Below, piece after piece: positions 18,331 to 26,029 of a DNA stretch of 64,000 nt. Both the position numbers and the translations under genes were made by a program. Source of the stretch: an uncultured delta proteobacterium (GTDB lineage Bacteria > Myxococcota > Kuafuiibacteriia > Kuafuiibacteriales > Kuafuiibacteriaceae). The notes under the pieces are model-generated. The model ran no database searches. It was not told where the DNA came from and saw only the letters and a list, made by a program, of their open reading frames with translations. How positions within the stretch are numbered: the stretch's first letter is position 1; each line of letters starts with the position of its first letter. The stretch covers positions 64,001-128,000 of the forward strand of contig CAWDML010000004.1 in NCBI GenBank assembly GCA_963803435.1. Reading direction: 5' to 3'.

Positions 18331-20277
18331 ATGTGCGGGATCGCGGGCGTCTATTGCTTCGACAAGGATCGGCCGATCGACGCGGCCTTGCTGGTGCGGC
18401 AGACAGACGCGCTGATCCACCGCGGGCCGGACGACGGCGGCGTCTACGTGGGGCCAGGGGTCGGGCTCGGTCACCGGCGTCTCTCGATCATCGATCTCGG
18501 CGGTGGCCACCAGCCCATGTGGGATCTCGAGAATCGGGTCGCGGTGGTCTTCAACGGCGAGATCTACAACTTCAAGGAGCTGATGGCCGAGCTCGAGGGG
18601 CGGGGACACGAGTTCCGGACCTCCTCCGACACCGAGGTGATCCTCAATAGCTACCGCGAGTGGGGTACGAGCTGCCTCGATCGCTTCATCGGGATGTTCG
18701 CGCTGGCGGTCTACGACACCAAGACGCGCACACTGTTCCTCGCGCGGGATCGGCTGGGCAAGAAGCCGCTCTACTACTACCAGGACACCGATCGGATCGT
18801 CTTCGCCTCCGAGCTCAAGGCAATCCTCGAGGATCCCTCGATCCCGCGGATCCCGGAGCCGACCGCCGTCATCGACTACTTCGCCTACAACTACGTTCCG
18901 GGTCCCGGTACCATCCTGCGGAACATCCACAAGCTGCCCGCCGGGTGCTCGCTGACGGCGCGGGACGGACGGGTCTCGGTCCGTCGCTACTGGGACCTCG
19001 ACTTCGAGTCGAACGAGCAGCGGTCGCTCGAGGAGGACGCGTCGGTGCTGCTCGAGGAGCTCTCGGACGCGGTGCGCCTCCGCCTCCGCTCCGACGTGCC
19101 GCTCGGTGCGTTCCTCTCCGGCGGGATCGACTCGAGCCTGATCGTCGCGCTGATGGCGCGCGAGACCAGCAACCCGGTCAAGACCAACACCATCGGGTTC
19201 TCGGAGAACGGCTACGACGAGCGGAGCTACGCGCGGGAGACCGCCGAGCTCTACCGGACCGAGCACAGCGAGCGCGTGGTGAGCGTCGACGCGCTCGACG
19301 TGGTGGAGCGGCTCTCGTGGTTCTACGACGAGCCCTTCGGCGACTCGTCGGCGGTGCCGACCTACTACCTCTCGGCGGCCACCCGGGAGCAGGTGACGGT
19401 GGCGCTCTCGGGCGACGGTGGGGACGAGAGCTTCGCCGGTTATCGCCGCCATCGATTCGCGATGGTCGAGCACGAGGTCCGGAGTCGGATGCCCGACCTG
19501 CTCCGCCGCGCGGTGGTCCGGCCCATCGCCGACGTCTATCCGAAGGCGGACTATCTCCCTCGCTACCTGCGTGCGAAGGCGACGCTCACGAACCTCGCGG
19601 AGAGCCATGAACGGGCCTACTTCCTCTCGTTGACCCAGAAGAGCTATCCCCGCTTCATCAACGCCGACTTCCTGAGAGGCCTCGCGGACTACGATCCATA
19701 TCGCCACATGGAGGCACACTTCGCCCGCTCCGGGACGCGCGATCCGCTGGCTCGCCTGATCTACGCCGACCTCAAGATGTACCTCTGTGACGACATCCTG
19801 GTGAAGGTCGATCGGGCTTCGATGGCGCATGCGCTCGAGGTCCGGGTGCCGCTCCTCGATCATCGGATCGTCGAGCTGGCCGCACGCATGCCGTCGCACC
19901 ACAAGATCGTCGATGGGCGGGGCAAGATCGTCCTGCGTCACGCCGCCGAGAAGCTGCTCCCCGAGCGCGTGCTGAACCGGACCAAGATGGGCTTCACCAT
20001 TCCGCTGCCCGAATGGTTTCGCGGCGGGCTGCGGGCGAGCGCCGAGGAGACGTTCTTCGGCAGGCCCGGAGGCGTGAGCGGCCTCATCGATACCGCCGGG
20101 CTGAGACGGATGTGGTACGAGCATCAGCTCGGCCTCGCCGACCACGCCACGGTGTTCTGGTCCCTGCTGATGTTCGAGAAGTGGGTGGGGCGCTTCCTTA
20201 GGTCGGAGAGCGGGGTGAGACCGCGTCTGGATCACGCCCGTCCCACCCGCAGGGATCAGCCCGCCGCGCGGCATTGA
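18331..20277 (+). CDS. asnB: Asparagine synthase (glutamine-hydrolysing) family amidotransferase
   Basis: MCGIAG, HRGPD, FNGEIYN, RDRLGKKPLYY, LSGGIDSS, SGDGGDE, VKVDRASMAH.LEVRVP. Confidence 0.95.
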   Translation: MCGIAGVYCFDKDRPIDAALLVRQTDALIHRGPDDGGVYVGPGVGLGHRRLSIIDLGGGHQPMWDLENRVAVVFNGEIYNFKELMAELEGRGHEFRTSSDTEVILNSYREWGTSCLDRFIGMFALAVYDTKTRTLFLARDRLGKKPLYYYQDTDRIVFASELKAILEDPSIPRIPEPTAVIDYFAYNYVPGPGTILRNIHKLPAGCSLTARDGRVSVRRYWDLDFESNEQRSLEEDASVLLEELSDAVRLRLRSDVPLGAFLSGGIDSSLIVALMARETSNPVKTNTIGFSENGYDERSYARETAELYRTEHSERVVSVDALDVVERLSWFYDEPFGDSSAVPTYYLSAATREQVTVALSGDGGDESFAGYRRHRFAMVEHEVRSRMPDLLRRAVVRPIADVYPKADYLPRYLRAKATLTNLAESHERAYFLSLTQKSYPRFINADFLRGLADYDPYRHMEAHFARSGTRDPLARLIYADLKMYLCDDILVKVDRASMAHALEVRVPLLDHRIVELAARMPSHHKIVDGRGKIVLRHAAEKLLPERVLNRTKMGFTIPLPEWFRGGLRASAEETFFGRPGGVSGLIDTAGLRRMWYEHQLGLADHATVFWSLLMFEKWVGRFLRSESGVRPRLDHARPTRRDQPAARH

Positions 20278-20310
20278 CGCGCCGATAGGCCCAATGGATG
20301 CTGTCCCCTG

Positions 20311-22758
20311 GTGTCGGATCATGAGCACACCACGCCCGGCAGCGCGATGCTGGCGCCGTCGCTCCCCAAGGGGGTCGAGTTCAAGGACCCGCTCGCACCG
20401 AAGCTCTACTTCTGGCTCAACGACGTCCTCAAGACCGTCAAAGGTCTCCGCGTCTACGCGGAGAACAACGAGATGCTGCAGAAGTATCTCACCCACGCGC
20501 ACGACGGTATGACCGACCTGCTCGAGCAGGTCCCTGAGGTGAGCCTGGCGATCCGAGAGGATCGTTTTCTCTACGGAAAGGACTCGGTCCACGTGAGCGA
20601 GGACCGGGCGGAGGGCCTTCCGTTCACGTTCTATCGGAACGCCTTCCGGCGGCTGACGTTCGTCCGGGGCATGGGGCGCGACGAGCTCTTCTCCCTCTTC
20701 AAGGCGGTCACCACCGACTACAGCACCTTCGACTACGCAGGAGAGGATCTCGTCACGGCGCTGTGGCGGCTCGCGCTGCCACACCTGAGGTACCTCACCA
20801 TCGACGCGATCTCGCTCGAGGCCAAGCGCGCCGAGTCGAGCGAGGCCCGTGAGGAGATCGACCGCATTCAGGGCGATATCGAGTCGATCGTCGCGTCGAT
20901 CTACAACACCGACTCCAACGACGAGGACATCGTCGCCGGCGTCACCATCACCAAGGAGGACCTGGAGGCGCTCAAGGACATCCGTAAGGAGAGCGAGGAG
21001 GATCTCGACGCGCTCGATCGCGCGACCGCGCGTGCGATCGCCGATCTTCCCGCGAGCCAGATCGCGCGGATCACGCAGGAGCTCGAGCACGAGGACCGGG
21101 ATGTGCTGACCCGGCAGACGATGGACATCCTGATCCGGATCCTCTTCAGCGAGACCTCGAGTCGCGGGACCAAGGACGTCATCGAGGTGCTGCAGCAGCT
21201 ATTCGATTCGCTAGTGCTGGGACAGCGCTTCACGCACGCGACCAAGCTGGTGCAGCAGCTGCGGAACCGCGCGTCGAGCGCGGAGAACATGCAGGAGATG
21301 CACATCGCGCGGCACCTGCTCCGACTCTTCGCAGCGGAGTCCCGGGTCCAGCCCGTCCTCTCCGCTCTCGGCGAGGGCTACAAGACCGCCACGATCAACG
21401 AGGTCACCGACTTCCTCCGGGCGCTCGGCTCCGAGATCACGCCCTTGCTGCTGCGGTCCCTGGACAGCCTGGCCAACCCCGCGCACCGGCGGCTCCTGTG
21501 CGACCTGATCGTGGAGTTCGGCGTGCCCGACGTGTCGGAGCTACTGGAGGCTACCAAGGACGCGAAGTGGTTCGTCCTCCGGGACGTGCTGGCGCTGGCC
21601 AGTCAGCTTCCGCCGGAGAGCGTGTCACCGCTGATCGCGCACGCGATCCGGCACGAGCACCCCAAGGTGCGCGGTCAGGCGGTCGGGATGCTCCGCAACT
21701 ACGGGCGCGGGGTGGCCGACCGCTACCTGGTGGAGCGCATCTCCGAGGACGAGGATCTGGAGGTGCGGCTCTCGGCGATCCGCGTGGCGGCCGCCCGCCA
21801 CAGCGCGGAGGTCAAGCCGATGCTCGAGCAGATGCTGGTCGTGGAGAGCCTGGGCGATCGGGAGCCGCGCGAGATCCGGATGTTGACGGCGGCGTTCGCG
21901 AAGATCGCGGGAAGCGATGCGGTGCCGGTGCTCGACAAGATCCTCAACCCGGGGTTCTTCGCCTCGCTGAAGAGCACGGAGGCCCAGATCGCGGCCGCCT
22001 ATGCGCTCGGTGCGGTCGGCACCGAGTCGGCGATGATGGTGCTCCAGAAGGGATCGCGGTCGCTCAACGGAAAGGTCCGCGAGGCGGTGAAGAAGGCGCT
22101 GGCTCGGGGCGAGACCGCCGATCTTCTCGGCGAGACCCCCGAGAGCACGAGGATCCCCACCGGCGACGTGGCGAAGCGGATCCCGGACCAGAAGACGGAG
22201 CCCGACGGGCGGCGCGAGGTGAAGATGTTCATCCCCGACGCCACCACCGACATCGGGGACGCGCCGAAGAACGCCGCCGACGTGGAGTTCACCGTGCCGA
22301 GGCGCGAGGATCCGCTGGACCGAGCCCCGGCGTTCGAGCCGTCGGTGTTGGAGGTGAAGAAACCGAAGTCGGTCGATCTCCACCGGAGCGGTCCGGCCGC
22401 GCCGCACGTGGAGCGCCTCAACATCGCGCCGGAGCCGATGCCGAGCTTCGACCGGATCCCGATCGTGCAGGGGACTCTGGTGGGGCCGCCGGTCCGGCCC
22501 GAGCCCGAGCCCGAGCCGCCCGAGCGCCTGGAGCTGCCGCCTGAGCCCCTGGAGCTGCCGCCCGAGCCCCTGGAGCTGCCGCCGCTCCGTCCCGAGCCGG
22601 AGCGGATGCCCGACAATCTACCGCCTCCGCCGGACTTCGACCCGGATCTGCAGGACATCGTGCTGTCGTTCGACGAGCCGAGCGAGGTCGATGCGATGAC
22701 CACCGACGACGAGGAGAAGCCGCCGAAGTCTCTCACGGACGATCTGACGCTGGACTAG
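20311..22758 (+). CDS. HEAT-repeat protein with Pro/Glu-rich tail
   Basis: Helical repeats (WFVLRDVL, HEHPKVRGQAV, DLEVRLSAI, AAAYALG) and a low-complexity C-terminus. Exact start uncertain. Confidence 0.75.
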   Translation: MSDHEHTTPGSAMLAPSLPKGVEFKDPLAPKLYFWLNDVLKTVKGLRVYAENNEMLQKYLTHAHDGMTDLLEQVPEVSLAIREDRFLYGKDSVHVSEDRAEGLPFTFYRNAFRRLTFVRGMGRDELFSLFKAVTTDYSTFDYAGEDLVTALWRLALPHLRYLTIDAISLEAKRAESSEAREEIDRIQGDIESIVASIYNTDSNDEDIVAGVTITKEDLEALKDIRKESEEDLDALDRATARAIADLPASQIARITQELEHEDRDVLTRQTMDILIRILFSETSSRGTKDVIEVLQQLFDSLVLGQRFTHATKLVQQLRNRASSAENMQEMHIARHLLRLFAAESRVQPVLSALGEGYKTATINEVTDFLRALGSEITPLLLRSLDSLANPAHRRLLCDLIVEFGVPDVSELLEATKDAKWFVLRDVLALASQLPPESVSPLIAHAIRHEHPKVRGQAVGMLRNYGRGVADRYLVERISEDEDLEVRLSAIRVAAARHSAEVKPMLEQMLVVESLGDREPREIRMLTAAFAKIAGSDAVPVLDKILNPGFFASLKSTEAQIAAAYALGAVGTESAMMVLQKGSRSLNGKVREAVKKALARGETADLLGETPESTRIPTGDVAKRIPDQKTEPDGRREVKMFIPDATTDIGDAPKNAADVEFTVPRREDPLDRAPAFEPSVLEVKKPKSVDLHRSGPAAPHVERLNIAPEPMPSFDRIPIVQGTLVGPPVRPEPEPEPPERLELPPEPLELPPEPLELPPLRPEPERMPDNLPPPPDFDPDLQDIVLSFDEPSEVDAMTTDDEEKPPKSLTDDLTLD
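22528..22584 (+). repeat. 21-bp in-frame tandem repeat (LELPPEP), about 2.7 copies
   Basis: CTGGAGCTGCCGCC(T/C)GAGCCC repeated. Confidence 0.85.
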
Positions 22759-22760
22759 CC

Positions 22761-24197
22761 ATGGCCGACCCGACCAGCCCGCTGATGATGAACGCCAAGC
22801 TGCAGGCCCTCGGCCGCAGCTTGGTCCTCCAGCTCCACATGGTGCTGCGGACGATGCAGATCCACGATCCTTCGAACAAGGCGCTCCTGGTCGCCACCGA
22901 GAGCCTGAAGGACACCATCAACACGCTCTGGGCCGCGCTCGGGGGATCCGTCCGCCTGCAGTTCGTCGAGGGCGTCGTATATCTCAACGACAAGCGGCTC
23001 CGGCTCCCTCCCAGCTCTCGCGAGCAGATCGAGCACACGCAGAAGGCATTCGAGGAGCGGGGCCTGGGCGGTCTGGCGTTCTCGCGGCCGGTCGACACCG
23101 CCGCGCTGCGGGAGTTCCTGATCCTGTTCGCGCGGCCGGTCGAGTCGCAGGAGGACGTGGCGGCGCTGCGCCGGTCCCTGGAAGAGCTCAAGGACCTGGC
23201 CATGAGCCTGCTGGATCCGAAGCAGTACTCCGACGGCAACGACGGTCAGCTCCGGATCGACAAGAAGACGTTCGCGCTGCAGACCTACGCCAAGAGCATT
23301 GTCGCAGTGAAGGAGTTCATCACCGCGATCAAGGAGGGACGCGATCCCGCGCAAGGTAAGTTGCACATCACACGCACCGTGCAGGACCTGGTCGACATCG
23401 CGACCGAGCGCGTGAACTTCATGCTGAAGCTGGCCGCGATCAAGGCCGCCCAGGAGTACGCGTACAATCACGCCGCCAACACCTGCGTGCTCTCGATCGT
23501 GCTCGGGCGGTCGCTCCAGATCACTCGTCTCGAGCTGGTCGACCTGGGAACCGCCGCCCTCTTTGCCGACATCGGCTTCGCGCTCCTGCCCTCCGAGATC
23601 ACCGAGACGGACCGGGAGCTCTCCGATCAGGAGCGGGCCGAGGTGAACGAGGCGATGATTCGCCAGATTCGCAGCATCATCGGCAAGGGCCGGCTCAACG
23701 AGGCGATCATGCGCCGCGTGATCGTCGCCTACGAGCACCACCAGCCCTACGCCGATCCGAGCACGGGCGCCGTCCGACCGCAGCACATCTTCTCGCGGAT
23801 CGTCAGCGTCGCGGACGCGTTCGACGCGCTCACCACGCGGCGTCCCTGGCGCGAGGGCTACACGGCGGATGAAGCGCTCCGCATGCTGATGCAGCAGGCC
23901 GGTACCAGGTTCGATCCGCTGGTGGTCCGGGTGCTGGTGAACCTGATGGGTATCTATCCGCTCGGCACGGCGGTCCGCCTCGCCAGCGGAGAGCTCGCGA
24001 TCGTCTACCACAACTCCAACGACCCCAAGCTCTTCGAGAAGCCATGGGTGAAGGTGGTTCGCGACGCGGCGGGTGATCCGATCAAGCGAACCCTGATCCG
24101 GAACCTCGCCGAGGAGGAGGGGCCGGGGGGCGAGATCGCGGGCGTGGTGAGCGGCGCCGATCTCGGCGTGGACGCTGGGATGGCGATCGTCTTCTGA
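22761..24197 (+). CDS. HD-GYP-like protein with degenerate catalytic motifs
   Basis: YNHAANT, LFADIG (HD replaced by AD), YEHH, SRIVSVADAFDALTTRRPWR, GTRFDP, GIYPLGT. Confidence 0.85.
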   Translation: MADPTSPLMMNAKLQALGRSLVLQLHMVLRTMQIHDPSNKALLVATESLKDTINTLWAALGGSVRLQFVEGVVYLNDKRLRLPPSSREQIEHTQKAFEERGLGGLAFSRPVDTAALREFLILFARPVESQEDVAALRRSLEELKDLAMSLLDPKQYSDGNDGQLRIDKKTFALQTYAKSIVAVKEFITAIKEGRDPAQGKLHITRTVQDLVDIATERVNFMLKLAAIKAAQEYAYNHAANTCVLSIVLGRSLQITRLELVDLGTAALFADIGFALLPSEITETDRELSDQERAEVNEAMIRQIRSIIGKGRLNEAIMRRVIVAYEHHQPYADPSTGAVRPQHIFSRIVSVADAFDALTTRRPWREGYTADEALRMLMQQAGTRFDPLVVRVLVNLMGIYPLGTAVRLASGELAIVYHNSNDPKLFEKPWVKVVRDAAGDPIKRTLIRNLAEEEGPGGEIAGVVSGADLGVDAGMAIVF

Positions 24198-24230
24198 CGA
24201 AGCGCCGGCTGATCTGGTAGGAATCGAGCC

Positions 24231-24698
24231 ATGAGCTCCGACTTCTCACTCCTCGAGAAGCGGGCGCGCACCGGGATTAACTGGTTCTACTGGATCGCCG
24301 CGCTCTCGCTGATCAACACGGTCCTCACACTGTCGGGGACGGAGCTGAACCTCGTGATCGGTCTCGGCGTCACCCAGTTCGTGGACGCGATCATGGCCGC
24401 CATCGCCCGGGACGCAGGCGGTATGTCGATGATGGTCAAGGCGGTGGGCGTCTTCATGAGCGCGTTGGCCTCAGCCGTGTTCGCGCTGTTCGCGTATCTG
24501 GGCAACCAGCGGCGCTTGCTCTGGGCCGTCATCGTCGGGATGGTCCTGTACGGGCTCGACGGCTTGCTCTTCCTCGTCACGCAGGACTGGCTGAGCCTCG
24601 GCTTTCACGGCCTTGCGCTGTTCGGGTTGTTCGGAGGGCTTCGCGCCGCGCGCGATCTCCGCGCGATGCGTGAAGACGTGGCGTCGGCCGAAGCCTAG
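24231..24698 (+). CDS. Membrane protein of unknown function
   Basis: Several hydrophobic helices (NWFYWIAALSLIN, LYGLDGLLF). Confidence 0.8.
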   Translation: MSSDFSLLEKRARTGINWFYWIAALSLINTVLTLSGTELNLVIGLGVTQFVDAIMAAIARDAGGMSMMVKAVGVFMSALASAVFALFAYLGNQRRLLWAVIVGMVLYGLDGLLFLVTQDWLSLGFHGLALFGLFGGLRAARDLRAMREDVASAEA

Positions 24699-24719
24699 CC
24701 AGGCCAACCTGAATGCTAA

Positions 24720-25675
24720 GAGCCGGTCCGAAAACCTCCGGACCGTTCCGCGTTTCCTGTTTCGCTCGTTCTGCTCATTCGCTATTCAAAGCGGCCGTTG
24801 TTGCATCGTGCTCGATCGAGTGTTCTGCAGAGTCGATGCAGGCAAGATTCGCAAGTCTTCCGGACGCCCTGTGGAAACGCATTGAGCCGTTACTCGCGAA
24901 GCGAGGTCCAAGGCCGCGGGGAGGTCGCCCGCGGGTTGCGGATCGCGTCGTGATGGCAGGTATCGTCTATCGCCTTCGGACAGGGTGCCAGTGGAAGGCC
25001 CTGCCGCGCGAGTTCAGCTCCGTTTCGACGTGCCACAGTCGATTCGCGGCATGGTGCGCAGCAGGGATCTTCACCGCGATCTTCGCTGAGCTGCTGCGGT
25101 ACTACGACAGGAGGCGCGGCATACAGTGGAAGTGGACTTCACTCGACAGCGCGATCGTCAAGGCTCCAAAAGGGGGGACCTGACCGGTCCGAACCCGACG
25201 GATCGAGCCAAGCGAGGCGTGAAGCGTCACGTGCTCACGGATGGTCGTGGTGTTCCGTTGGCGGTCGAGCTCTCAGGCGCGAACGTGCACGACAAGTGGC
25301 GGGTGGAGCAGACGCTCGACGGCGTCGTCCTACGGGGCTCGCGCGGTCCACGACGGCCGGAGCACCTCTGCCTGGATAAAGGCTACGACTACGCGGATGT
25401 CGAGGCCGCCATTCGAGCGCGCCGGATCAAACCGCCTATCCGCCGCCGCGGCGAGCCTGCACTCGCTGGCTGTGTCCGCGGTAGGCCGCGGCGCTGGGTT
25501 GTCGAGCGCACGAACGCTTGGCACAACCAGTTCCGCGCATGACTCGTGCGGTGGGAACGAACGGGATCGCGGTATCTCGTTCTGCGATGTCATCGCCCTT
25601 CATCGCCGGATCGAACAGCGAATGACAGAACGACGAAACAGCAAACTGCGAACGGAACGGTTTCTGGACCGGCTC
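24720..25675 (+). mobile_element. IS5-family insertion sequence (IS427/IS1031-like), flanked by TAA target duplication
   Basis: Left end GAGCCGGTCCGAAAACC vs right end (reverse complement) GAGCCGGTCCAGAAACC. TAA at 24717-24719 and 25676-25678. Lower GC3 than the flanks. Confidence 0.9.
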
Positions 25676-25678
25676 TAA
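24836..25678 (+). pseudogene. IS5 transposase, two ORFs joined by -1 frameshift, with premature stop
   Basis: ORF A (LWKRIEPLL, LRTGCQWKALP, LDSAIVKA) and ORF B (GPNPTDRAKRGVKRH, LDKGYD, RWVVERT) overlap at AAAAGGGGGG (25168-25177). TGA at 25540-25542 interrupts FRA*LVRWER, and a further indel precedes the terminal FLDRL-stop. Confidence 0.8.
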
Positions 25679-25679
25679 G

Positions 25680-25985
25680 CTAAGCGGCTTTGCTCTCGCC
25701 GCTCGGCTTGGGATCCGGCTTGGTCTCGGTCTTGGTCTCGGTCTTGGTCTCGGTCTTGGTTTCGGTCTTGGTCTCCGACTTCGTCTCGGTCTTCGTCTCG
25801 GACTTCGACTTCTTCTCGCCGTACCCGTCGGAGTACCAGCCACCGCCCTTGAGCGTGAACGACGTGCTGGAAATGATCTTATGCGCAGAGGCACCGCACT
25901 CGTGCTTCGTGAGGGGCGGGTCGGTCATTCGTTGGACCACCTCGAAGGGCCCGCAAACTTCGCATTCGTACTCGTACCGAGGCAT
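25680..25985 (-). CDS. FmdB-family zinc-ribbon protein with KTET-repeat tail
   Basis: MPRYEYECEVCG ... HECG ... FTLKGGGWYSDGY; SD AAGGAG upstream. Confidence 0.9.
   Translation of the reverse strand: MPRYEYECEVCGPFEVVQRMTDPPLTKHECGASAHKIISSTSFTLKGGGWYSDGYGEKKSKSETKTETKSETKTETKTETKTETKTETKPDPKPSGESKAA
25720..25810 (-). repeat. 12-bp in-frame tandem repeat encoding K(T/S)ET
   Basis: TTGGTCTCGGTC-like units repeated on the plus strand. Confidence 0.85.
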
Positions 25986-26029
25986 GATCGCTCCTTTGCG
26001 GGGCGATCCTAGAGCGATGATCCGAGGCG

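Noticed and set aside
5428-21090. Very long antisense ORFs (5428..8745, 13196..17005 and 17215..21090 minus; likewise 36719..39628 and 41152..43326)
   Set aside because: Shadow frames of real genes in high-GC3 DNA; Arg/Gly/Ala-rich with no recognisable motifs.
25720-25810. Regular short repeats as a possible CRISPR array
   Set aside because: 12-bp in-frame coding repeats without spacers; no cas genes in the window.
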